DNA of 64,000 bases from assembly GCA_946496065.1 (NCBI GenBank), contig CAMMFF010000002.1, forward strand, positions 35,916 to 99,915. Direction: 5' to 3'. Below the pieces are notes generated by a model. It saw only the letters and a program-made list of their open reading frames with translations. It searched no databases and was not told the origin of the DNA. Positions 52,501 through 59,237 of the stretch are shown one piece after another (within the stretch, counting starts at the first letter, position 1; every line of letters begins with the position of its first letter). A program made the position numbers and the translations under genes. Origin of the DNA: an uncultured Clostridia bacterium (lineage in GTDB: Bacteria > Bacillota > Clostridia > Christensenellales > UBA1242).

Positions 52501-55500
52501 TCTTAGAAACAGTCACATAGTCTTTTGTAACAGCTTCTTCTCCGGAATCATCTGTGTATGTGTTTCCAGTCAAATTATAGTCAACAGTAAAGGTATCTTT
52601 CGCAGTTGAATATCCCGTTCCATTCAAATAGATTGTGTTGTTCATGTTGAACATAATCGTTCTTGAATTGTTCAGTCCAGTCTGCAACAAAACTGTTTGA
52701 CTGTCTTTAAGTTCAACAGAATCAATCGTTGTTGAAAGTTCTGGAAGATAATTCAAAATGACAAATTTAAATGTCTTATATGAAGTGAAATTCATTTTTG
52801 AATGAACATTAAGTTCAATCTCTGTCACACTCTTAGACAAAACTCTGATTGAATTTGAATTGATTGAAATGTTTTTACTTTCACTTGTGATAAGCAAACT
52901 CTTTGCTTGCTCTGCAGTCACACCAAACAAATCTGCAACAGAAATTGTGTTGTAGCTTGTGAGTGCAGATTGTTCTGCAGAGTCAGAAATTGTCACAGTT
53001 GGACTGTAAACAAACAAAATTCCCTTATCATTTCCGGCACTCAAAGACTTCAATGGTGAAACATTGTTTGCAATGTTTACATTTGCAACATCAACAGCCG
53101 CACTTTGAGTTGTGTTTTTGAGATACATAAATCCAAAGTTGATTTCATCATCAACATCAACAGTTTCCCAAATGTCAGAACTCAATCTTGCAACCAAGTT
53201 GCTCCATTTCTCACCCTGAGTTGGATTGTTGTAATCTGAAGGGATATCTGTTATTTGCAAAACATTAGAGTCCCCAATTTGTTCTGTGTCACCATAATAA
53301 ATTTGATTTGTGTATGCAAAAGTTGCGTTAACAAAAATTCTTGTGTTAATTGCAGCAGTGCTTGTTGTCCCATTGTAATATGTGATGTAAGAATTTTTGA
53401 AAGTAATCATTTGAGCACTTGTATTAGACTCAACTGGTGCTCTCAAACTGCCCATAAATGCGAAACTTTCATTGACAACAGCGCCAGCTTCAAAGGCAGC
53501 CAAGAACGCACCTTTTGTTGCAGTGCTGTTTGCAAAGACATTATTAATTGCACAGCTTCCTGCTTCCATCAAAGAATATGCATAAGCATAAGATTTTTCA
53601 ATAATACTTGTTGCTCCACCAAAACCAACAATACCACCAACAGCACCTGTTGTTGTGATTTTGTTGCTTGCTGTCACTGACGAATTGCCGTTTTGTGTCA
53701 CAAAGTTATAGAATTCAACGCCACAATTTTCAATAGTTTTTTGATTGTTTCCTGCAATTCCACCGACATACATTCCATTTGTTGCATTGATTGTCACACC
53801 ATATGAATATGTGTTTTTGATTGTTCCAAAGTTGTATCCTGCAATTCCACCAACATAAGAAGCAGTTGCATTCAAAGTGCTGCTCTTATATTCTCCGTCA
53901 GCATAATAAACATCAACAGAAACGCCATCAATTATTCCATAATTTGTGTTGGCAACAAAGCCAGCAGATTCAGTTCCAGCACTTGTCACATTTCCAGCAA
54001 AGATAAGATTTTTAATCACACCTTTTTCAAGCAATGTGTTAACAAAACTTTGGCTGTTTCCTTCAAAAGTTAATGTGATTGTGTCATCTTTTCCAAAGAA
54101 CATACCGCTAAATTCATTATAACTTTCCCAATTTGTCAGAGTGATGTTGTTCATGATTCTGTAATATTTTGCAGTATCAATATTCTTTAGGTCTGCTTCG
54201 TTGTAAACCCTAATAGCAGTCCCCTCACTCATACCATCAGCGATAGTAATGGCAATTTTAACAATCAAATCTTTGTAATAAATTTTCACACCATCGTTGT
54301 TGTAGAAATAAGTCGAAAATTCGTCATTTTCATTAATCAACTTGTCATAATAACTGTCAAATTCGGATAATCTTATTGTTTTTGCAGTCTCAACAATTTC
54401 TCCTGCCTCATCTTCAGTGTATTTATAAACCAACACTTGATCAACACCATCAACGGTCTTAATCATGTCATTAGGGAGCAAATACAAATTTCCATAACCA
54501 CCCTTGCTTGTGTTGATGTTAAGGTTGAAAGTCTGCCCAATAGAAGAAGTTGTGATTGAAAGGTCACTGCTTGAACCATAAGATGCAAAATACGCATAAG
54601 CCAAACTTGTGTCATTTGCATCACTTGGAGAAACAGATGTTGAAATTGTAAAACTTCTCTCACTGCTTACCGTTGTTGTCAAATTCAAATAAATTTCATT
54701 ATCTTCAGTTTGGTTAAGCCATTGAACACTTTCAATTCTCTTAACATTTCTGATTTCAATTTGAATTTCTGTTTTTCTTTCAAAACCATTTTCGTCCATA
54801 TAAGAAATGGTCAAAATGTCACGCACAGATGTCTGCATATTTGTTGAGTTTGCCGTGATTCTAAATTTGAGATATCTTCCAGAGGAAGCAAATGAAATGT
54901 TGCTTATCTCATAATATCTGTTTTTCAAATAATTTCCGTCTTGCGTTCCTTCAAAATCATCTAAAGCTGATGTGAAATTGAAGTAAGAAAGGTCATTTGA
55001 ATATGTTGGAACTTTCTCATCTGGACGCATAGAAACTGTAACGTCAACTCTTGAAAGCCCAATGTCGCTTTGACTTAATGTTTCGGTTGTGTAAAGCAAT
55101 GCCGTTTTAACATCAGAAGAAAGATATCTAACAGAATAGAAACTTTCCAATGCGAAAAATCTTGCAAGCACGATTTCATTGTGTTCTTCATCATAGCCAC
55201 TAAACAAAACACAAACATAACCTTTAAAAGCATTGTCAGTCAAGCTCAATCTGCTTTCATTGATTGTGAAATAAAGTCCATTGTTGTCTTCAAAATATCT
55301 GTAATAATTCAATGCAATAGTGTTCAAATCATTCGAACTGAACAATTCCTCCGCTCTAGCCAATGCCTCGTTATCGTCAATAATTCCTTCAGCAACCTTA
55401 ACAGCTGCAACCAATGTGTCAAAAGAAAGCATTTTATATGAAATTGCTGTTTCTGATAAAGATGCATTTTGATAATTTGTGTTCAAAGGAATGCTAGTTC

Positions 55501-57556
55501 CCGCTTCAAGCATCAATTTTGAAAGAGAACTAGACTGTCTTGTAGCATCACTATCAATCAAACCTGCCAATTCAACAAAATTTTGAACAGTTTGCTCGTC
55601 TTTATAAACATCAGACGATGCCTTATCCGCATTTGAAATTGATGCTAATGACAAAGGAACAAAAGCATGAATTCCAAATTTTGCAGAAGTTTTCCCTGTC
55701 ACATGTTCAAACCAAAAATTGGTTGATGAATCAAAATTGTAACCATTTAAAGAAACAGTAAATCTGACAATGACATAAACACCTTCGTCAGGATCCAAAC
55801 TTGAAGAAACATATTGAATGTCAGAAAATATAAATCTTGAATTTTCGTCACTCTTAAGAGTCAAGCCAGAAATTGTTGACAAATCTTTGATTTTAACATT
55901 GAAAGTCATCGATTTTGATGCATTAACACTTGAAGAAATGTAAGTCGTTGAAGGGATATCTTCGTCATTGGCATCTGTTATTGTCAAATTTTCATCTTCG
56001 GAAATACGATAGAAATTCATTGTAAGCGAAGTGCTTGCATCAGCATTACTTACAGAAACAAATCTGAATTCAACTCCTTCCAAAATGTCAAATTCACTTC
56101 CGCTCGCAACATAGATGTCAGAGTTGTTCAAAATTATTGGAGAAGTGTAAACACTTGAACCTGCTTCATGTGTGAATGTCAATTCTTGTCCACGATAATA
56201 AACCTTAATGACTGAAGAAACAGGATTGTTTTCGTCAAGTGCCAAGTTTTTCAAAGCATCTTGATTTAAGTCAACAGAGATGTAATACATGCTGTTATCA
56301 ATTGCCACTTCAGTTGGAAGAACTGTTGTAGAAATTTGATATCCATTGCCTGTCTCATAATTTGAGAAAACATCAATAACATTATTGTTCAAGATGTCAC
56401 CATTTGCATTTGAAACTTCAATTCTTGTTGCAGAATAGAAAGTGTCCAAAACGGCAGTCGAACCATCAGAAACCAAATCAAAGTTATAGTCCTTATAACC
56501 AATCTTGAAATAAAAATAGAATGTTCCAAATTTGTTGATTGATGACTTGTCCAATGCATCAATTGTGAAATTATATGTAATTTTATTTGTTGCTTCATCG
56601 ACAACTGGTGCGTCGATTTCCAAAGTCAAATAATTTTCATATTCAGATTTGCTCAAAGTTTGCAAATCACCATTGTCAAGTTTTTCATAAACAACTGGTG
56701 ACAAACTTATCTCATAAGGTGTGTTAATGACAATTGAACCTTCAACGCTTGATAAATTTGAATTGTTTCTCGTCAATTTGAATGTTGCTTCATTTGTCGC
56801 AACAGAATTGTTTTGATACAAAGCAACTCCATCAATGGTCAAATTGTTGATTGTACTCTTTTCCAACACCTCAAATCTGACAGTGTTATAAACATTTGTG
56901 TTGTTTGCAAATGATGCTCTCAAGTTGATGTATGACATATCAAAATCTTCATTCACATACAAAACATCACCTTGAATGGTTGCATACAAAATTCCGTCTT
57001 TAACAAATTGTTGAGAATTTTCTTCTTCAGAATCTTCAAAACTCCAAATAATGTCACAAACATTTGCGGTCACTGGTTCCAAACTGAAATAATCATCAAC
57101 GTTAAGTTTTTTCTCAACACCCTTTGTCACAAAAAGATTTGTCCTTCCATCGACGCTATCTTCAGACAAAGTTTTAATTTCTTCCAAAACGGTCATAACA
57201 TGGACACTGACAATTTTGCTCTGCTTGCTGTCTTCTTTTGCTGAAACCTTAACTTCTGCTTCACCACTCTTATCAGCATAGATTGTGAAAGAATAGTTGC
57301 TCGAATTTTTCACAGTAACAGGAGAAAGCCTAATACTATCTCCACCTTTCAAGATTTCAACGTTAATCCCCGAGGAAGAATTTTCAAGAGAAACATCAAT
57401 CACCTTTGATTGATAGTTTTCCGCCTGTTCATCATTTGTATAAATGACAACTTCTTCCGTAGAAACAGAAAGCGAAACTTTCTTTTCACATGCGGAAAGT
57501 AAAACTCCTCCCAAAATCATAAAAACACTCAAAATTCCCAGAGCAAATTTTTTCAT
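37523..57556 (-). CDS. Giant surface lipoprotein (~6,677 aa): Ig-like N-terminal domains, many GLUG-motif beta-helix modules, Gly-rich C-terminal module
   Basis: Uninterrupted 20-kb ORF. I place the start at ATG 57556 behind SD AGGAGG (MKKFALGILSVFMILGGVLLSAC = lipobox). At least two dozen GG[IL][AV]G-type motifs by eye. Module entries such as GTAIRVYNEADLKNI (aa ~1112), PTQIFTADEFIDYA, NPIIIRSAYDFAMA, and FTGLFDGNGFTISNISL. Confidence 0.9.
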   Translation of the reverse strand: MKKFALGILSVFMILGGVLLSACEKKVSLSVSTEEVVIYTNDEQAENYQSKVIDVSLENSSSGINVEILKGGDSIRLSPVTVKNSSNYSFTIYADKSGEAEVKVSAKEDSKQSKIVSVHVMTVLEEIKTLSEDSVDGRTNLFVTKGVEKKLNVDDYFSLEPVTANVCDIIWSFEDSEEENSQQFVKDGILYATIQGDVLYVNEDFDMSYINLRASFANNTNVYNTVRFEVLEKSTINNLTIDGVALYQNNSVATNEATFKLTRNNSNLSSVEGSIVINTPYEISLSPVVYEKLDNGDLQTLSKSEYENYLTLEIDAPVVDEATNKITYNFTIDALDKSSINKFGTFYFYFKIGYKDYNFDLVSDGSTAVLDTFYSATRIEVSNANGDILNNNVIDVFSNYETGNGYQISTTVLPTEVAIDNSMYYISVDLNQDALKNLALDENNPVSSVIKVYYRGQELTFTHEAGSSVYTSPIILNNSDIYVASGSEFDILEGVEFRFVSVSNADASTSLTMNFYRISEDENLTITDANDEDIPSTTYISSSVNASKSMTFNVKIKDLSTISGLTLKSDENSRFIFSDIQYVSSSLDPDEGVYVIVRFTVSLNGYNFDSSTNFWFEHVTGKTSAKFGIHAFVPLSLASISNADKASSDVYKDEQTVQNFVELAGLIDSDATRQSSSLSKLMLEAGTSIPLNTNYQNASLSETAISYKMLSFDTLVAAVKVAEGIIDDNEALARAEELFSSNDLNTIALNYYRYFEDNNGLYFTINESRLSLTDNAFKGYVCVLFSGYDEEHNEIVLARFFALESFYSVRYLSSDVKTALLYTTETLSQSDIGLSRVDVTVSMRPDEKVPTYSNDLSYFNFTSALDDFEGTQDGNYLKNRYYEISNISFASSGRYLKFRITANSTNMQTSVRDILTISYMDENGFERKTEIQIEIRNVKRIESVQWLNQTEDNEIYLNLTTTVSSERSFTISTSVSPSDANDTSLAYAYFASYGSSSDLSITTSSIGQTFNLNINTSKGGYGNLYLLPNDMIKTVDGVDQVLVYKYTEDEAGEIVETAKTIRLSEFDSYYDKLINENDEFSTYFYNNDGVKIYYKDLIVKIAITIADGMSEGTAIRVYNEADLKNIDTAKYYRIMNNITLTNWESYNEFSGMFFGKDDTITLTFEGNSQSFVNTLLEKGVIKNLIFAGNVTSAGTESAGFVANTNYGIIDGVSVDVYYADGEYKSSTLNATASYVGGIAGYNFGTIKNTYSYGVTINATNGMYVGGIAGNNQKTIENCGVEFYNFVTQNGNSSVTASNKITTTGAVGGIVGFGGATSIIEKSYAYAYSLMEAGSCAINNVFANSTATKGAFLAAFEAGAVVNESFAFMGSLRAPVESNTSAQMITFKNSYITYYNGTTSTAAINTRIFVNATFAYTNQIYYGDTEQIGDSNVLQITDIPSDYNNPTQGEKWSNLVARLSSDIWETVDVDDEINFGFMYLKNTTQSAAVDVANVNIANNVSPLKSLSAGNDKGILFVYSPTVTISDSAEQSALTSYNTISVADLFGVTAEQAKSLLITSESKNISINSNSIRVLSKSVTEIELNVHSKMNFTSYKTFKFVILNYLPELSTTIDSVELKDSQTVLLQTGLNNSRTIMFNMNNTIYLNGTGYSTAKDTFTVDYNLTGNTYTDDSGEEAVTKDYVTVSKSNNSLTLLGNKNHENGDVTEVEAYIVVDDVANDSDYSNAIKTNRNRNFDVSVYNGATSLVINNATNLIVKPSQYAVFDVSLETDAENDNLVFGLQYGEIEISNEISSDEYAAKFVVDSKLTLNVSWTRTPTETGFSFRVWVRIDDANKHLIDQIYDDLTLKVNAESQSSNTNYLKTVGLTVMTQEIEDISISTYNIESRQIRNSVLYLIPADEITNTLTPSSDAIIAVTVDPAYAMMTKFRLTYSVSGGSGTTGTVNISKLAYNSRYGYYINSNSTSLIENGIEVTLTDEDRTGNGVFYFRVYVSSAFETSSSLQFTLTYYNGNTPLISGTHNLNIDYLQSANIKVNGASTYVLAKGGSATVTVTVDKNQELEDLYLQNNGANISLSAAVVEEFDTYKVYTATISAYVDAKLTENKDSGIFYVCATVKRVVNNNTEIKESRATICLVDFSVDGNNIKVSSSGGTSTYNGQTYDVFYSYINATDTLSFDYPFDPETYNYDQNDASEVAAVEAIMEKRARFELNNTYKDEEVGYYINYDLNEQTGVYEEISLKYQLWYATDENNSTAICNGSGIVQNGIFRIDEAEGRYEDGTPYSYLTVTGLRTGRQLMKLRTTITYQGIEMYYDYYFLIVVEVWSDEDTPTQIFTADEFIDYATNSEQADDYILMNDIVLTDYTPLDTDLIDSLDGNGYTIHINSFAYPEGSSLNLALFNTVTENTTLKNVRVNIYNGGQITVNISQYTDINIAGFAIENNGIIYNSEVLAYYDEEYQSSSISGETGLVVRYTMGTNTDPIEITSGIVSSLGIESLVSGFVITNNASITNSRVGGDSFRQIIDIAGANYLKTQDLNLFVLRGQGEVSGFVNDNASSGYISASFADNIQIYNDMASTTSLTAGFAVYNHNNIQGSYVEGKGEELSDDGKIVIYNNLSNITSIGIVGGFVYQNDALIKNSYSNIAIENSESKASLVAGFVYINSESAEVTLCYAACDITKSDISQMQFSGVDDYANSLNYGTISFSYFYNESLIDDTNQNNVTSGALSVSDVMNEDTFYGFSFASEPGAYNGIWSVSNSEKLTLVSANQISFSNRYAVTNGSVTSIFYNRSIIDADTMRSVDLSYGSDNNPIIIRSAYDFAMATGKAGATEISSYKEYYSDTEVFGNYRIVNNIDMSEIDQNSENDNSIKLQTTKKTFTGLFDGNGFTISNISLGSSEVAENFGLFAKLDGAVIMNLDLIVDSIHNSRANIVGTLAGTAVDSRIISISLSPVTTQTTSKTSILGNNVVGGVVGMLFGESKMSDINVVDIDVYSAFYLSGKGVNSNEGNVGSTLRGYASNGNSISTYVSRISYAGAIAGYVDIYDSLNAETVLFSSSLEVSDYDIVTVHVSDSVNIYGEVAGGLFGYVGNSTMVYDATLELDADMNLSKPSYIISKNLFAGGLIGENYGGLFAVSASYASELQNTIEEAENGYYSGNTAAERGQQSIFSYTPSDEGYASNINNPLYIGGLVGYMGGGYIYIGYSKLNVISHSDFTLAVGGIIGLAGYKDTQYDLTFLDPVQKVNVYLNDVYASGDVYIDSTTGNGYSAGIIGALERTSDGHISVVALKNVLAVNYYSYNGSKLVGDRTASTEDEGGYVSDRHFMLVGKVVSSVNNNIDNDDVVFGTSLYLIDSENYYLDISKGYEYGTHQSNTVGGYTNVELGSNSVTLSLKPYGFTTSWDDGTSEKLYNALVDVESIGDQSMTTMSNAYAKMYSYFLANGWSEEYWEHTEENLFPHIQLLPVLNVIFWDQYNTDEVLQAMENSSVTVILRGKVDKDTNEYKDIDLRNGYKDSNEVNHVFEAISGFHGTLISYYDYANSNTEGMVTEEVTESDGTVVGGYAGSGTNAADKVGIIINKPFFDGLTDNATVEGINFYLCENEDSAIKYTLIDGGAGDTILRDVKITANNNIEISTETMTIGSDTAYSGGLIARDAHGTSFINITINLRNDAEIEFTHGGSSDKDYEIYMGLLAGYIEQTSAFNQINIQGIQIAHEGAEDDEEPAKSNIDFSVDDSSESSVSVSLYAGLYAGKITKGTGRARISLGLSNVGNVNLNFDIDADGTKKAYIGGFAGEIEAVDAVELINSDENSGSINALDINQQSNVDSLYAGVAFGNIVNSYLTISNTGTSAVALSGGVYQVGDVTSKQTYIGGIAGSVNSSTSIQSFSIDFSVGKKNDLASVANDYVVDEDTGETLFDQNLYSYNNQETDVAGLTPFIIETENNADVIDIGNIGGFFGYVSGATITVTGSCNVSGNIDVQIGKEATTKNLTEADKEVYLGGVIGQTTGALIVNSSMVNDINISVKEPDLASVNAHAHAYIGGLVGKMTNVDGENGGNGNPASSSVNTSQIYLQYNGTVLASVKDLTFGGAIGYIEREDYTNQDKAITISGVIYGGAVKIYGQEKDDKTYNLPENVTVGGIVGEYNNTTSLENDTLNSVRYYTISNCYTYGDVFVNYLSNGIKNTQGSYSYNSRLATYNFGGIVGKGSYIAVSNCYSLMTSFNERLAEDENGLSEDENKKTSLISNTNAIVGANSSIVQFSGNKYNSSVCMAYQEESGNQDIAYGSVTDNYYGYTNIYDTQREGTPGEGTDNTGANSSNLYSNENILDGFQDKGIDFNNIVNGHKLSPYEWSQSNENNQIKVSDDDDEDYFVTIEGSLHNITWVAVTENVSTSRPIADNLKNYAIIGNGHIITRTDDNVYSSTNTDTNKALGYGALINNMGEGFDTSDSEKLKDQKPNFNVVAGLIMNLEISSADVNGETGKSYTAYGGVAGTMKGSSFIYGVGVKGELSVGGENSQLHLGGMAGLMLNGSISESYVDADITYRASEGGILSGIANMADQNTTIKSTYSSGLLETYVDVDIYTFANSGNNNASTTSADVMDCYSISQIKRNNALGSEFEHKSSFINEFNSESESTGLNVISNVISGSNEVLDNEYGTPYEMDSLSIPYYGYKTGEGETETTVNGISQNSLIIGNKDEKLQTLHTWYFNRYVNYGYASHGFGYLKNTTTYELIETTIGEDSNTVTTREYNPITYDEIISNGDTYGGENSNWYMGVLNQGKFDQMYDTVEYNVVDGANQNTNYDQDYKFVLRYSFVVSEVGKNLGDPNYNLVIDGQNVTLDLSGTSTSGLFGTFIGEVRNLRISNANIDKPNSEIFGILANVFEGNIDNVSVNGEITNESSTKYIGGIVGVLEGTASNVDAVVNISTSKNSIVGGVVGYLANGTVNGESVSGKIEYASNNGQIIQTVDSSTNILTKYDSNKNTVSGANIAASPYQYIQTDKLGDGKNTTSLNGIAGGIVGYAESGTTISSSYNTNAVLSQYTISDSKNVVAGGIVGYTAGATDSKVTLENNYNTGLVGAGNTSSTFSMAGGIVGYGEYTTVSSCVNDGPVQAIGKAETNDKNKYEITVKKDSGVEETTEYSNNPDPLVYNVTLTYNPNAVRQVFAFGVGYLMEGSDITDSASSTNNIKNDGNLGKIVLTEKLTFDRKTILDGNGDYEAIYSIDKGDDDKEDIYINAYDSYGYASRIYMQDQITRRYVGFGTFGDKSGYVNEIAYNEKQQDGYGNAETSYPYWGNKPNYSYYRGIYDLSNGKATESNMKINFSRADSDFNSIFNDDIYTMASSTTYYESVVFTRYDELLSVEDESFVNGVVGCSNGVVYRNSNEYLDGNDENINQSIKELAEDQIEQIQSNKENGSSMKYFTVNGENAAVVYNSANIKTVYAPFKYEASSILNISSNKIDYNNLSKNNFTIGNVLVNGVNVSPQFSIIDFERTDASGNADSEGDYVKINFELYFDREVSGNISYTMNYRIAEQSILLGKNNVTLSGGQIKVKLEDDSGQIGLLTSTIDEINNSATSGNYTVVAKVGDTNLSNLKLSYDDNGIYLTCRGNLNEFDNKLLSITITKEEKYEIDFTGSINLVERNAEFSIVNDDDTETARFVGYSESTINMASNAYTTIITTKDGLNYVTGIKISLAQVLNDYGSRSRFALGVENIFDVHYENSVLKINNDIVDGYKFEIAYEGDVPYLYVRKADISSGEEVVIDENSDSDLLKDYTTELGSFFESIANFKIYYDRINSEIWYRLRAHSDTESQNNIEFSYNSSAIDNGNFGADGYYHGSDFNNEPEGNGVRRITNTLLGMDFVIQEVTYTYKITNGTLKNLGEDAGYELTMSSQNVNKVVTQGYLRNNDTITLNEATISQIDKFSILMTETTKNIDASKGETGYLISNANGTKQLNSTISYTYNIKESALSTYDYTYNYVITSGTETCPICNQKETYYCTEGGNFQDTASAYSYKYKIYSCGTISVEYYLTNTSSIGQGDKWRNSRKFVTNLEKMLNNEMDVYTAINYDDNNGFTWKKTTETLVLDRFSSYTPNETIKPLGGSFKCIYVDLICAYFDENTLLFARNNLDSNGVEDNDPFDSIKFTGTTYIKAEDSYKINTYSKNEEFLNCTDAVNAGTFEYRVENENRWQKSDTTRIDASTYTPQYYYYRYRKSIEATVILPTASEKSEQSFEYIIMADDISLGVLTFKENTKVIIGNGYNITYISDGNNGTEISLFATNNKDIKNLNIIGIVSALSASSDNLSMLTLSNNANILNVSLFGNIRNINAESGNISVRSTISTNANNIATLKINSYVVMTGLDSESDSNVSTKLIDNVMVNNKAITNEKKETEENIPFEYNSSNILIAGNGGNGNDGLDGKNAGDTGNGGDSSGIGGSITIQSETFDGYYRLGINGVAGNGGNGENGNFDTASNKALGGGGGGKRGSTPTDSAELTKDGSDTIENGLKQNSKSDKSCGGNGGIGGFGRIINGTLYSSGGGGSSNGGGAGEDGSNNTGVTPSELRNYGIGYGFMYDSTFITQSDEYYRNIREGGAMETPASYREMQSELIESAISEIDFSTTNATLVGGAGGGSGDEIIAGGQVAVSKIYVSTQTDAYFYRFAGSWCTVNKVYKMAWTSGEIINSGGSFGYSGSPYN

Positions 57557-57604
57557 GTGTCCTCCTAAAATAATATTTGCAATAAGCAAATTTTTATATT
57601 ATAT

Positions 57605-57634
57605 ATTATAAATAAATAGCAGACCCAAAGTCAA
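57605..57634 (-). promoter_or_regulatory. Promoter of the 20-kb gene
   Basis: Minus strand: TTGACT, 18 nt, TATAAT, about 45 nt upstream of the ATG. Confidence 0.5.
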
Positions 57635-57824
57635 ATTCTGACAAATAATTTTAAATAAAAACAAAAAAATTAAAATGGTTTCAAAAATAATTTTTTAACA
57701 ATTTTTCATAATTTTTAAATAATTTGGCTGAACAATTTTTAATACCACATACAAAAGGCATCAGATTTTTGTTTGAATTTTTAATTAAAAATATTTGTTA
57801 AAAAATAAAAAAATACAAAAAATT

Positions 57825-57860
57825 AACAAAAAAATGCCAAAAAATTGATTTTTTGGGCAT
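57825..57860 (-). terminator. Intrinsic terminator after spoIIID
   Basis: Minus strand: GCCCAAAAAA-TCAA-TTTTTTGGC followed by ATTTTTTTG. Confidence 0.6.
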
Positions 57861-57898
57861 TTTTTATGCATTTTTTAATATTTTTAAAAAATTATTTT

Positions 57899-58159
57899 TT
57901 ACAATTCTCTTTCTCTTGTTTCATATTTAAGCTTTGTAGACATTCCTCCACGTATATGTTTCTCCGCAAAATTGTGTTCCAAAATCTTTTGAACATCATC
58001 ATACATTTGTTTATCAACCTTTTGCAATCTCTTTGACAAATCGTTGTGAACAGTGCTTTTGCTCAATCCAAAAATTTGAGCAGTTTTTCTGATGGTATCC
58101 TGAGTCTGTGAAATGTGGCGAGCAACTTCCAAAGTTCTCTCTTTGATATAAGCTTTCAT
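57899..58159 (-). CDS. spoIIID: Sporulation transcriptional regulator SpoIIID
   Basis: MKAYIKERTLEVARHI...FGLSKSTVHNDLSKRL...HIRGGMSTKLKY is colinear with B. subtilis SpoIIID as I remember it (IKERT..., FGVSKSTVHKDL, RGGEATKLKY). Start at ATG 58159 behind SD GGGAGG. Confidence 0.85.
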   Translation of the reverse strand: MKAYIKERTLEVARHISQTQDTIRKTAQIFGLSKSTVHNDLSKRLQKVDKQMYDDVQKILEHNFAEKHIRGGMSTKLKYETREREL

Positions 58160-58275
58160 TTTTCCTCCCATAAGAATTTGATAATTCAAATCTCTTTGAA
58201 ATTGTCATAATAATTCTTATGAGAGAACTTGTCACATTATGCAAGATTTTGTCGAAATTCAAAAAACAACATCAT

Positions 58276-58303
58276 AAAAAAAATAGAACGACAAGCGTTC
58301 TAT
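58276..58303 (-). terminator. Intrinsic terminator after acpP
   Basis: Minus strand: TAGAACG-CTTG-TCGTTCTA followed by TTTTTTTT. The stop codon lies in the stem. Confidence 0.7.
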
Positions 58304-58530
58304 TTTTGACATTCTTCAATCAATTCAACGATTTGACCGATTGTTTTGATTTGGCTGATTTTTTCATCTGGAATTGTGATACCATATTCTTCTTCAAGAG
58401 TCATCAACATTTCAATAACATCCAAAGAATCTGCACCCAAATCTTCAATAATGTTTGATTCTGCGGTGATGGTGTCTTTAGAAATTCCAAGTTGTTCTGC
58501 AACCAATTCTTTTACCTTATCAATAATCAT
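58300..58530 (-). CDS. acpP: Acyl carrier protein
   Basis: 76 aa from ATG 58530 (SD GGAGG). Phosphopantetheine-attachment motif DLGADSLDVIE. Confidence 0.9.
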   Translation of the reverse strand: MIIDKVKELVAEQLGISKDTITAESNIIEDLGADSLDVIEMLMTLEEEYGITIPDEKISQIKTIGQIVELIEECQK

Positions 58531-58598
58531 GTCAACCTCCACGGGATTATAATACCATAATCTTCATGAAAAATCAACTAAATACGATTATTTCTCCA

Positions 58599-59156
58599 TT
58601 ACTTATTTTGCAAATCAAGGTAATTGTTTGGGTCAACTTCAACTCCGTCTTTCATGAGAACAAAATGTAAATGAGCTCCGTCCTTAGATTCGTTTGTCGC
58701 AGAATCTGAAGCATTTCCAATTTGTTGACCTTTCTTGACACTGTCACCTTCTTTAACTTGCACACTGTCACTCAAGGATGAATAAACGCTTACAAAACCA
58801 TCAGAATGACTTATTGTGACAACGTATCCATCCAATGAATTTGATTCCACAGAGTCAACTACTCCGTCATAGATTGAGAAAACTGCATCATTTTCAGAAG
58901 ATAAATCAATAGCAAGATGAATTTCCCATCTGTTAAGACTTTCATTCAACTGCAATCTGTCGTCAGCATAATCTTTCACAATCACAGCATCAGTCATTGG
59001 CAAACCAAATTCGATGTTGTTTGTTGACACCGGTTCCCCTTTTTGAACTCCCAAAGCAATTCCAAGTGCAAGTGCAAGAGAGAAAATGCACGCAAGACTC
59101 AATACTCCATATCTTTTGAATAATTTTTTGAATTTTCCTTCTTCTTTGATTTCCAT
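58599..59156 (-). CDS. Membrane-anchored M23/LytM-domain protein (SpoIIQ-like)
   Basis: N-terminal TM, then the LytM core (GYVVTISHSDGFVSVYSSL...VKKGQQIG...HLHFVLMKDGVEVDP). Adjacent to spoIIID, as spoIIQ is in Bacillus. Start at ATG 59156 behind SD GGAGG. Confidence 0.7.
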   Translation of the reverse strand: MEIKEEGKFKKLFKRYGVLSLACIFSLALALGIALGVQKGEPVSTNNIEFGLPMTDAVIVKDYADDRLQLNESLNRWEIHLAIDLSSENDAVFSIYDGVVDSVESNSLDGYVVTISHSDGFVSVYSSLSDSVQVKEGDSVKKGQQIGNASDSATNESKDGAHLHFVLMKDGVEVDPNNYLDLQNK

Positions 59157-59237
59157 ATTACCTCCATGCATTGATAATTGCCACAAAAAAGTTAAAATAA
59201 ACATAAAATTTGAATTTTTTTATAATTTTTTCAGAAA

